From positions 101,911,055-101,943,444 of the forward strand of contig NC_068982.1 in assembly GCF_001194135.2 (NCBI RefSeq): a stretch of DNA of 32,390 bases, read 5' to 3'. The stretch's first letter is position 1. The number at the start of each line of letters is the position of its first letter. The notes under the pieces were generated by a model that searched no databases, was not told the DNA's origin, and saw only the letters and a list, made by a program, of their open reading frames with translations. Origin of the DNA: Octopus bimaculoides. Lineage: Eukaryota. This document shows, in pieces, positions 11,692-24,030 of the stretch. A program made the translations under genes and the position numbers.

Positions 11692-12079
11692 TAGCCACAT
11701 TTAGGTGCCGTGCAGCTACTGTTTATACCTCGCTCAGAGATTTATTATTGCTTGTTTCCACTTTTTCGAGATCAGTGACTTTTCGTTATTGGAGAAAATG
11801 TATACATATTTCCATTGAGAACCACTTCCCATCGCCAACCGGTGGTTGTCACACGCTGATGACGGGTCAATACCCAGAAATTCGGGTCCGTGTGTATCAC
11901 GCCAGGCTGGAGATGGGAAAGATGACTTGCCTTTGCAAATACTGATAGGGAACAGAAAGTGTGTCAATAGTCAGCTGGAGGAGATGTCTTCCTGGGGCTA
12001 CAAGCAACAGTAGCATCAACCCTTAAGGGATAGCCACATTTAGGTGGCAAATATACTTCACCATGTCGTGCAGCTACTG
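11692..12079 (+). mobile_element. Non-coding hammerhead-bearing repeat unit (candidate non-LTR retrozyme or Penelope pLTR-derived tandem)
   Basis: tagccacatttaggtg occurs at 11692-11707 and 12031-12046, and cgtgcagctactg at 11709-11721 and 12067-12079 (periods 339 and 358). The second copy runs into an N-gap. A hammerhead lies in the middle of the unit. Confidence 0.65.
11850..11894 (+). ncRNA. Type I hammerhead ribozyme (minimal, short palindromic stem III)
   Basis: Stem I is CACACG(11850-55)/CGUGUG(11889-94). The core is CUGAUGA (11856-62), stem II is GGGU-caau-ACCC, then GAAA (11877-80) and a GUC cleavage triplet (11886-88). Deviations are a C.A mismatch at the base of stem II and U.G wobbles in stem III. 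Confidence 0.8.
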
Positions 12080-13114
12080 NNNNNNNNNNNNNNNNNNNNN
12101 NNNNNNNNNNNNNNNNNNNNNNNNNNNNNNNNNNNNNNNNNNNNNNNNNNNNNNNNNNNNNNNNNNNNNNNNNNNNNNNNNNNNNNNNNNNNNNNNNNNN
12201 NNNNNNNNNNNNNNNNNNNNNNNNNNNNNNNNNNNNNNNNNNNNNNNNNNNNNNNNNNNNNNNNNNNNNNNNNNNNNNNNNNNNNNNNNNNNNNNNNNNN
12301 NNNNNNNNNNNNNNNNNNNNNNNNNNNNNNNNNNNNNNNNNNNNNNNNNNNNNNNNNNNNNNNNNNNNNNNNNNNNNNNNNNNNNNNNNNNNNNNNNNNN
12401 NNNNNNNNNNNNNNNNNNNNNNNNNNNNNNNNNNNNNNNNNNNNNNNNNNNNNNNNNNNNNNNNNNNNNNNNNNNNNNNNNNNNNNNNNNNNNNNNNNNN
12501 NNNNNNNNNNNNNNNNNNNNNNNNNNNNNNNNNNNNNNNNNNNNNNNNNNNNNNNNNNNNNNNNNNNNNNNNNNNNNNNNNNNNNNNNNNNNNNNNNNNN
12601 NNNNNNNNNNNNNNNNNNNNNNNNNNNNNNNNNNNNNNNNNNNNNNTATATATATACATATAAACATAATTACTATATTAATAACATATGTGGAGAATTG
12701 CCTCTATGGATTTTGCTTTTCCCGATATTAAAAACAAGTTTATTGTTTTTCTATAATGTGTGACATTAAATGTCATTACAAATTAACAGGTGATATCTAA
12801 AAAGCCATGATAATTAATATACAAGATTACTACTTGCTGCTCAGCTATCAGACAGAAGTTGCTGCTATGACGTATTCTTCAGTTTCCGATAAAGCTTACA
12901 GGAAGTTGACAAAATATAATAAATAGTCAGTAGTATCCAGGTAATTATAATTTACAACTCTTTGTTCCAACAATGTAGATATATAGTTCGTAATATTTAA
13001 TGAAATTTATCAACGCTAATTTCATCCGAACACATACTTACGTACATATATACNNNNNNNNNNGTGTGTGTGTGTGTGTGTGCGTGTGTGTGTGTGTGTG
13101 TGTGTATGCGTGCA

Positions 13115-13240
13115 TTTCTTTTATTATCTTTTATTTGCTTCAGTTACCGGACCACGAGCCTGCTGGGGCACCGCCTTGAATGCTTGATTCGAACAAATCG
13201 ACCCCAGAACATATCTTTAAGCGTAATACTCTATTGGTCA
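13115..13240 (-). mobile_element. SINE family B 3' fragment (diverged)
   Basis: gctggggcaccgccttgaa..aacaaatcgaccccag matches the 28611-28700 copy. Confidence 0.6.
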
Positions 13241-13357
13241 TTTAGGTGAATAGTTAAGCTACATTAATGTAAACTAACCAAATTTAGCTACCAAACGTTG
13301 GAGTGGCAAAAACAAGCAGCAACGCACACACACACATAAATATATAATTTGTATATG

Positions 13358-13400
<43 letters not shown>

Positions 13401-13894
13401 TAACGTCGACCACTAACGTGGACAATTAATGCGCTCATCCAAATATTTGGGAATGGAGATGTGTTTCATAGCTAGCGGAACCTCGAAAATAGTAAACTAT
13501 CCAAACAAGGACTAGATCACAATCCAAACGAGGGGAAGACCACAAGGATACCTTGATTGTATGAAGTATACATTGTCGTTAGGAGATGCCCTGTTGGGGA
13601 TTCTGTGTTAACTCGTTAGGAATTCGATCAAAATCCTTGGCCCGAAGAGGAGCTTGCAATCTACCCTGAATTTTATGCATTCCATTTCCTAATATTTTGA
13701 TATTTATTCGCATATACAACAACCCCTGTTGCTAACCGTAAACTATAAAATTAATCTTTTTCTGCTTATCGTACTTGTTCCTGAAAGTTATTTTTTATAT
13801 CTTCCAGAGATTGCTGGAAGCTCACTAACGTCCTACACTTTGATTCTCGGAACTTACCTTTACACACACACTCACACATATGTATATATATTAT

Positions 13895-13990
13895 CTTTTA
13901 TCTCTTATTTGTTTTAGTCATTGGGCTGCCTCCAATTTGAAGCACAGCTTTGAAGACTATATAATGGAATAAATCGACCTCAGTATTACA
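13895..13990 (-). mobile_element. SINE family B 3' fragment (old)
   Basis: tttagtcatt..gaagcacagctttgaag..aaatcgacctcagta is weakly colinear with the family B tail. Confidence 0.45.
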
Positions 13991-13996
13991 CCCACA

Positions 13997-14061
<65 letters not shown>

Positions 14062-14806
14062 CCAAACTTATCTACACGTACACCTCAAATATATATNNNN
14101 NNNNNNNNNNNNNNNNNNNNNNNNNNNNNNNNNNNNNNNNNNNNNNNNNNNNNNNNNNNNNNNNNNNNNNNNNNNNNNNNNNNNNNNNNNNNNNNNNNNN
14201 NNNNNNNNNNNNNNNNNNNNNNNNNNNNNNNNNNNNNNNNNNNNNNNNNNNNNNNNNNNNNNNNNNNNNNNNNNNNNNNNNNNNNNNNNNNNNNNNNNNN
14301 NNNNNNNNNNNNNNNNNNNNNNNNNNNNNNNNNNNNNNNNNNNNNNNNNNNNNNNNNNNNNNNNNNNNNNNNNNNNNNNNNNNNNNNNNNNNNNNNNNNN
14401 NNNNNNNNNNNNNNNNNNNNNNNNNNNNNNNNNNNNNNNNNNNNNNNNNNNNNNNNNNNNNNNNNNNNNNNNNNNNNNNNNNNNNNNNNNNNNNNNNNNN
14501 NNNNNNNNNNNNNNNNNNNNNNNNNNNNNNNNNNNNNNNNNNNNNNNNNNNNNNNNNNNNNNNNNNNNNNNNNNNNNNNNNNNNNNNNNNNNNNNNNNNN
14601 NNNNNNNNNNNNNNNNNNNNNNNNNNNNNNNNNNNNNNNNNNNNNNNNNNNNNNNNNNNNNNNNNNNNNNNNNNNNNNNNNNNNNNNNNNNNNNNNNNNN
14701 NNNNNNNNNNNNNNNNNNNNNNNNNNNNNNNNNNNNNNNNNNNNNNNNNNNNNNNNNNNNNNNNNNNNNNNNNNNNNNNNNNNNNNNNNNNNNNNNNNNN
14801 NNNNNN

Positions 14807-15097
14807 CGTTGTGAGTGTTTATTGAGCGAAAACACCTAAAGCTCCACGAGGCTCCGGCAGGGGATGGTGGCGAACCCTGCTGTACTCTTTCACCACAACT
14901 GTTTCTGTTGTGCCTGTAATTCAAAGGGTCAGCCTTGTCACACTGTGTCACGCTGAATATCCCCGAGAACTACGTTAAGGGTATACGTGTCTGTGGAGTG
15001 CTCAGCCACTTGGACGTTAATTTCACGAGCAGGCTGTTCCGTTGATCGGATCAACTGGAACCCTCGACGTCGTAAGCGACGGAGTTCCAACAACAAC
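14807..15097 (+). mobile_element. SINE-like interspersed repeat body with terminal stem-loops and (CAA)n tail; 5' end hidden in gap
   Basis: A GC-rich block in AT-rich context. It has hairpins at 15037-15060 and 15057-15088 and ends in caacaacaac. Confidence 0.5.
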
Positions 15098-15742
15098 CTT
15101 TTCGGACAGTTAAGGAAGGTGCATAGTTGCTCTTTGAGCTCCGTACTAATTTAAAATGTGTGGTATCTACAGTTAATTCTTCTTTTCCAGTTCATCAATC
15201 TATTACGTATGTAGCCATAAAGGTCTCATTCCTGGTAACATACAGTGTTGCCACAAGTTCTATAGATATGTTGTATACTACATTATAGTGAGGATACAAC
15301 TCGCCCTTAACACCAGTTGTTTTATAAATATCTGCATTAAAACACAGGCAAATAATATATACACACACAACACTCACATACACATATACATGTGATTCCG
15401 CCTATCCACGACGAAAGCGAGCAGGCCAAACCTTCTTAGGCACCATCATCCGTCTCTTTTGCAAAAGTCTATTAAACATGTATTCTACAAATAAGTATTG
15501 AGTAATTCTACAGTTTAATGTTAAATTGTTTTTATTATAACTCGAGTAACCCTAATCCTACTTCGACGTACATATAAGCGCGTGCGCGTGTGTGCACGTG
15601 TGTGTGTGTGTGTCTTAATAATCTAAATGTATACGCATAAACATGTAAATATAAAATATACACATATATAGCGAAGCACACACATATGATATGGCTTTCC
15701 GTTACATTTGTTCGCTCCACATTGTATTGCCATTTCACTGCA

Positions 15743-16094
15743 CGAGCATTCCACAGTTTTATGCTTGTAAATGCGCGACCTAATTTACATATACACGTCA
15801 AACGTAGTGAAAGCTAGAAACAAGAAGCAACCAGTATAGGCAAACACACACAGTGAAATACAAGAGAAATCAATGAAAAATACAGGAACTATTTGAATGT
15901 GATGCATTTGTGCGAGCAACTGAATTACCTACCCATAGAATAACTGTCCAACTGATCGAGCATTATATAGTTTTACGCTTGTAAATGTTTGACCGTATCT
16001 ACACGTAGACCTCAAATTTAGTGAAACAGCCAATATATGTAATCTGACATAGTGAAATACAAGAAAAATTACTGGTGCTATTTAAATGCGATGC
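15743..16094. repeat. Diverged tandem duplication, period about 214 bp
   Basis: The blocks cgagcatt..agtttta.gcttgtaaatg..gacc, agtgaaatacaaga.aaat and ctattt.aatg.gatgc each occur twice in the same order (starts at 15743 and 15957). Confidence 0.7.
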
Positions 16095-16599
16095 TAAGTT
16101 TTCCTTAGATGCTTAAAAAAGGATGACATAGTGGTTGGTTTTGCTTAGATTGTGTAAATATACGAGGATAGTAGATATATAAGTAGCTGCATGACAAAAA
16201 TTGAATTTATGAAATTAAAGATGAATGTTATGAATATCATGAAAAAATAAATCGCAGGGTGAAACCACTTCATGTTGGGATTTTATGTGTAAAATAATCG
16301 ATATTATTTATAAAGAAAAATTCTTATGAATTAATACAAGTGTGAGGAAATACTTGGTTCACACTTATATGTGTGTATCAAACTCGCCTTCTCTCTCTCA
16401 TTCACCAGATTCTTCTCTCTTTCTATTTAAATGTGAATATATGCATACATACAAACACACACATGCACACACAAACGCATACACACAATCACACACATAT
16501 CATCAAAGATCCGTCCCGAGTTATAATATATAAAGCTGATTTCCCGGATTATGTGGCATTTTGCATTCCTCCATCACCGGGACATCGGTCTGTCGCCAC

Positions 16600-16750
16600 G
16601 CTTACACATTTTTGCCAGCTGAGTTGACTGGAGTAACTTGAAACGAAATGTTTCGCACAAGAACAAAACGCATCACCCGTTCCAGGAATCGAAACCACCA
16701 TCTTACAATCATGAGTGCAACACTCTAACCACTAAGCTACGCGTCTCCAC
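16600..16750 (-). mobile_element. SINE family C, inverted copy
   Basis: The reverse complement gtggagacgcgtagcttagtggttagag..ggtttcgattcc..ttgttcttgtgcgaaacatt..actccagtcaactcagctg is colinear with 10481-10620. Confidence 0.75.
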
Positions 16751-16808
16751 ACAAACATATAAACACACACATACACATGCATATCTTCATAATATATATG
16801 TATATATA

Positions 16809-16822
16809 AGATCGGAAGAGCG
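16809..16822 (+). other. Illumina adapter read-through (assembly artefact)
   Basis: The exact string AGATCGGAAGAGCG immediately abuts an N-gap. Confidence 0.93.
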
Positions 16823-17063
16823 NNNNNNNNNNNNNNNNNNNNNNNNNNNNNNNNNNNNNNNNNNNNNNNNNNNNNNNNNNNNNNNNNNNNNNNNNNNNNN
16901 NNNNNNNNNNNNNNNNNNNNNNNNNNNNNNNNNNNNNNNNNNNNNNNNNNNNNNNNNNNNNNNNNNNNNNNNNNNNNNNNNNNNNNNNNNNNNNNNNNNN
17001 NNNNNNNNNNNNNNNNNNNNNNNNNNNNNNNNNNNNNNNNNNNNNNNNNNNNNNNNNNNNNNN

Positions 17064-17064
17064 N

Positions 17065-17116
<52 letters not shown>

Positions 17117-17372
17117 GTATGTAAGTATGTATGTATGTATGCATGTATGTATGCATGTTTGTATGTATGTATATGTACATATATGTACATGCATATATAC
17201 ATTTGTATATGTAGGAAAACCTCCCGATATATATGTACATATATCTATATACATCTAGTACATACACCCACAAGGATATATAACAGCACACACGGTTAAC
17301 GATACACATATGAAAACATGCATGCACATACATGCACACACATATGCATATATATGTGTGTGTATGTATGTA
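17064..17372. repeat. (TA)n/(ATGT)n/(CA)n compound microsatellite field
   Basis: Directly visible; it is the source of the Y/I/C/V/H/T ORFs. Confidence 0.9.
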
Positions 17373-17657
17373 AACGTCCCTATACAGAAGCATACCTGAC
17401 TCTCCATACACAAATCGAGAAGTACGCATACATATTCATTTATATAATTATCCATAAAATACTTGCCGCAGCCATAGAATATACATGTGAATGCAGTGAA
17501 TTTATAAAATAATATAAAATATTTTGTTCAATTAAAAATCGCTTCGAAACCAAGGTGACATGATTTGTAAAGACTGGAAGTGGAGGTTATTACTATAGAG
17601 GAAAGAAATGAAAGACTGCATTACAATCCATACTGATTATATATATATTTTTCTTTC

Positions 17658-17697
<40 letters not shown>

Positions 17698-18544
17698 GCG
17701 CGCACAAACACATTCGTTGATACATACATATGTAATGCATACATACATACATACATACATACAAAAACATGCACATATATTTTCATAAGACAGTCTCACG
17801 TTTACATGCGCATTCATTTGTATACATATATGCCACATACGTGCGCGCGCATACATATGAACACGAAATTAGCGCACCAGCCATACACATAGACAACCGT
17901 TATATGTACACATAGATTTATAATGTAAATTATGATAAAGATTTCTCAAAAGAGGTTACCAAATCTAAAAAACGTGAAGGCAATATTTTGCAAATGAGAC
18001 ATCCAGTCGAAATAAATGGGTTTTTTACGTATTATATAAGCTATAAAACGCCAGAGGGTATCTGGATTCGTGTCCATATGGACTTGAAGTCTTTGATTTC
18101 ACATCCGTGCAATTGAAGTATGGTTTGGAAGCACGTCAAAGCTGATATCATCCACATATGTTGTACGTAGATGTGCGCTAACTAATATTAGATACAAGTC
18201 GTTAGAATATATATTTATATAAAGCAATTTTTCATTTGGCCTATATGCTATACATCATATCCTAACATAATTTACAAGTTTCGAAGTAGAAGTTAACAAT
18301 AGGAGTGTTACTTTCTGATGTTAAGGGTAATCTTATTTCGTTGAAATGTTTTATTAAATCCTTCCTAAATATTAAACTTATACCCGCTCAGATTTCTCGA
18401 TTTCAATAATCCGTGGTTCCGTTCTATTCTTCCTGTTTCAGTAAAGAATCTATATTTTCAAAGAACTGAGAAGTTCCATACAATTGCTACTTTATGCACT
18501 CGTAAGACCGTTCTCGTATGATTTACATATTTATTAAAACTGAT

Positions 18545-18905
18545 TTAGAGGCTCTGCACCACTGTTAGTGTGGAAACTAAGTCGTGGTGACCAGAAGTTG
18601 TGATACAGGGACGTGCTGCAGAGACATATGAAGAACTCCGTCATCTCCCTAGACACCTGGTAGGAGAAGGCCCTACAGAGCGATGAATGGCACCGATTGC
18701 TGAAGATCCTAATTCCAATCATTGTGAAGAAACAATACATGGAATAAGAAAGAGTACATGAGAGACGTCACTTCTACAGTAGCTTTACCCGCAGTAGATG
18801 TCATCGCTGCAGATCAAGAGCAGGCTTTGTCACCCATATACGAGTCTGCTATAGATGGCGACTGAACGAGAACAGATAATGTCGAGCTATGAGACACAGC
18901 CGATC
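18545..18905 (+). mobile_element. RTE-clade LINE 3' remnant
   Basis: It reads SRGDQKL*YRDVLQRHMKNSVISLDTW*EKALQSDEWHRLLK ... CRSRAGFVTHIRVC. This matches the recalled RTE/BovB-type C-terminus (G.QKLRYKD.LK..WE..A.DR..WR / C.SR.GL.SH.R.C). Confidence 0.8.
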
Positions 18906-21159
18906 TTTGTAAAGGTAGTTAGCAAACATCAAGCATGTATACGACTTCTGTAGATAGCAGAAAGCGGATGATACTTCATCACCAAATACATTAGTCAACG
19001 TATGTTATACACGTAGGCACATTTCGAATTCGTTAGAGATTTCGATAAGATGACTGAAACAATACAAATCACCATTTAGCAACGAAGATTCCTTATTATG
19101 CGATTACAAATTAAAGTGTGTAGAGAATAATGAAGGTAAATCCGTACTAAATATATGTTTCCAAGCCAATCTTGACATTGTACATAATTTAAACGAGCGT
19201 ATAAATATGTGTGTGTGTACATAAACACACACAATATATATATCTGTATATATATATATTTAGACACACACATATAAACTTTTATATGTATGTATGTGTA
19301 TATACATGTAAATCATGTCATTTGTTCAACGCAGGTGGTATATATTCTCCCCATTGTACTTCTGATGTAACACTCACAGCTATGATGGAAGCAATAGAGT
19401 TTCAATGTTTAAAGATTAGTCATGTCATTTATTTATTTATTTATTTATTTATTTACTTGTAACTCTTCCCTAGGGTACCTCAATTTTCGTAACATTTTAT
19501 TTCATATAGAAAGACAACAGGATCAATAGTATTCTTGCTGTGACAATACAATGATAATGATAAATGTAACTGTCGTCCATCATAACATCTATAGACTCGA
19601 ATAAGTATAGTCATGTATTTCTCAAGAGAATTATAGGAAAGTTAGCATTTACTTAACCACCATTTGAAAGGGTACCTCAATTACGGTCTAGCATGTTCAG
19701 TATGCAAGTTCTTCCAGAAATATGAATAGACCCCAGAATGTAAATAGTTGTTACCTATAACGTATAGGAAGCACACACACAAACACACATACTCACACAC
19801 ACACACACTTACATCACGATACGTGTGGAAGATTATATGCATACTCATACGTACACAAGACTTGTGTGGGTGTGCGCGTGTGTGTGTACGTGCAGTAAGC
19901 GTTGAAAATGTTTATAATCGGATTGCCAGAGTGATTATATGATCTGTTCGATCATGTACGATCACAGAGATATGCAGATACATGCTAATGTGCATATTAC
20001 TTATTTTATAATTAGTATTTATATCCTGTGGTATTTTAATTCTTTCGCTGACTTATTTTAAAATTATTCTTGAAATAAATGAATTTTACTTCACCACTTG
20101 ATTCATATATAGTTTCATATATTTTAATTGGAATGAAATGTACTTGCTAAATTTGGTTTTCGAAATCGCTGACTGTTATAAATTTATTACTGTTTGTTTC
20201 TTTTACGTTATTAATAGTCCGTGTATTTCGCTTCTGACTGATTTACAACACAAATTCCATCTTAAAACTGACAGTCATTTTATTTGCATTAATTCTTTGG
20301 TTAATGGCAATTGCGACATTTAACCAATAACTTTTAACTTCTCTTTGTATTTTTTTTAATGTTTTGAACCAATAATTTAGCTAAACACTTTTCTCTTAAA
20401 AACTACATTTGGTATTTAATTAAATCTATGTAAGAATATATTCTTAGCCTTGCTCTAAAATAATTGTCTATTCATTTAGCTGTTAGAAAGAATATACTGG
20501 TTCAATAACGAAAAAGTTTCTCAGCTTCGATGCAATCCAGTGATACATCTCTATTTAGTTAAATTGCTTATATAGCATTGTTGGTCTTAATATATTTAAA
20601 GCAGTGAGACTTAAAATACTTAATGAAAACTACTTATGGGATGAAAGAAATGCAACAATGTCTTAGTCATTTCGGAAAATACGTGAAGTAACACTGGGTC
20701 TGTTTAAGCTGTATCAATCCTCAAAACGAAGTACTGTTATTAAAACCACGAAAAAGTGTTTTCTGCTGAGATTTGATTTGAGCTATGGAAGTCCTGGGCT
20801 ACTCTTTTCCGCATATATGAAATTAATGTAACAATATTTCTTATTCAGATAATGTTTCTTCATTATCACTGAAATACTTCTAATTAGGTATGCAACACTG
20901 AGTGCTTTGAATATGCCAGCAACCTAAATATTGTTTATCGTGTGAATAGCAACTCGTATTAATTAACCTTAATGATTTGAATTTTGCTTACCACTATCAA
21001 TAATCATATACAATCATTTCAGTCAGATATTTTCTTAGGACTGTTTCGTAAAGGTATCAACGAACCAGATGTAATCTTCGTCAATATCCACTAGATGTTT
21101 TAGATATTATACACATATACATATATACATGTACACACAGGTGCATACAGATATATGTA

Positions 21160-21190
<31 letters not shown>

Positions 21191-21552
21191 TACATACATG
21201 CATGCAATCGCTGACAGATTATGGTTATTGTAATGGTACATTTACTTGCGGTTTTCATAAGTCCATATCGATAACGTAACACAACCTAAATAGGTGTAAT
21301 AGTTTGCTTAATTAACAATACTAGTTTGCATTATAAGAAATAATATTATATTTATTTGTTGCAGTTCACAAAGTATGAACCATGAGTTAGAAATTTCACG
21401 CATACATCATACATCATTAGTGTAAGCATTTGTAACTAAGGGCTCAATGTCGTCAATAAAAGAATATTCCGAGCATTGAAATTATTATTTTGTTAAATTA
21501 TGTGTGTAAATGTGTAAGTATTCGTGTATGTGCACACGTGCATTTATAGGGC

Positions 21553-21591
<39 letters not shown>

Positions 21592-23405
21592 CAATGTATG
21601 CAGATACGTGTACATGTGTAANNNNNNNNNNATATATATATATATATATAGACATATATCTATATACTCCTAGAACATATTTTTGCACGTACCCCTTCTT
21701 TTTGTTCGATGCTGCATAGCCTTTGACCTCGGTGTGTGTACACAATATTTTCCCATTCAGACAAAATATATATATTTTCCCCACAGACTCACCCTGTGAA
21801 GTGTCTACTTTAAACTGAAACGTATATATTTGCGTTGTGTAAGATGAAAGTATTACACGACAGTTGTGGCATCTTTCACTCATATATATTTGTCAATGGA
21901 ATAACAGAATAATTGCTGATAGACAGCTAATTAAAACAATTCCTAACACTTAATTTTGTATCTCTCGTAACAGCTCAATCCAAGAAAGGGTTGAATTATA
22001 GAAAATACTTCCTCAAAGAAGAAATGGCAGAAGGCATAAATCAAGTAAACTCTAACCATTGCATTCTTAAATTTTTCATCAAGTGTTGAAGAGATATGCT
22101 TGTAAAATATAGTTAGAGGCCTTTCATTGCGATTAACCTATAGTCAATTCTTATCGGATGTATTGTATCCTGCGTGTCAGATTCAGGACATGTTAGAAGA
22201 GAACTAGAATGCAATGGAGTCTATAATAAATGGGATACACTTCAGTTAGTGACACAGGGAATGCAAATACAGTAAATAACTTGCTGCGTTTTCAAACAAA
22301 GAAAGCCCCAATAATTCTTATACCGTTATCGCTGACATGTCCACCCTTTTATCGCGACTATTCTGAAATATTTTGCGTTTTATTTATTGCGCATTGTTGT
22401 TCAAATATGTTATAATTTTTTTCAAGAATGCATTTTTCGTGTCTAAAACTATTTTCAATTCTTATTTTTAAGTTCATTACTCTTTGTCAATAAATGTGAA
22501 AGATTTTTGAAAAATAAAAATAACATGGAATTTTATGGAGTGTTATAACATTTATAAGTAATTGACAATTCTGGTTGACACGGTTACATTATATGAAACA
22601 ATGACGGATTCTGGTGTGAAAATATAATTTTTACCATATCATGGTATTAAGGAGCGTCAACATAACACAGTGAGTATATCTTGATCGACTCCATAGCAAT
22701 CAGATAAATTTTAGCACAACTTGCAAGTCGTTTATAAATAAATTTGATAAAGAAAATGTGATAGCTTCTTTTTGACAAGAACACAGAGAAAGATAACTAA
22801 GAAAGAGGAATGAGATTTTGAAACATGCATGCCATTCTCTGTGGCTTTCGTAATCAAATGGAAATGAATCGTCATCAAAAGCTAAAATAAAGTCCCAGAA
22901 TCATTTCAGTGGTTGCTGACATTGACCCCATAGCTATATGAATCTGGTGTTCTTCTTTCCTGAACTCTTAAGATATAGAGAATATAAAGAAATAATAGAG
23001 ATTTGATAAACTGATAGAGTTACGCTATGTTTAGAAGCAAATGTTCTGTTCAGAAAATATGGGTAAACTTTCTTCTTACTATCAAATTAGATTTTAGAGA
23101 TTTTTTTCCCAATTGTCAGAAATTACGTGGGACCTAAAATAACGTGTTAGCCATGTAAAGGGGCCTGAGTTGTGAAACAGATCAGTTTTCTTGTCATGAG
23201 TTTTTTCATTTTACATACTGTCTCTTCTTGTAGTAAAAAGCGTAGAGAGGAATAAGCTTCACTTGGCTGGCATACAATTAATGCTCTACATGGAAAAGGA
23301 GGCATTTATAGTAAACAAATGACTCATAAACTTTTTAGGTAGTCTGTTACCTAATCATTGTTCTGAGTCCACGCTGGCACAATGTTTTATATTCAAAGAC
23401 GCAAT

Positions 23406-24030
<625 letters not shown>

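Noticed and set aside
7978-17429. Long ORFs made of X residues
   Set aside because: They span assembly N-gaps.
18120-18175. YVDDI (RT-like motif) on the minus strand
   Set aside because: It is an isolated pentapeptide with no flanking RT motifs.
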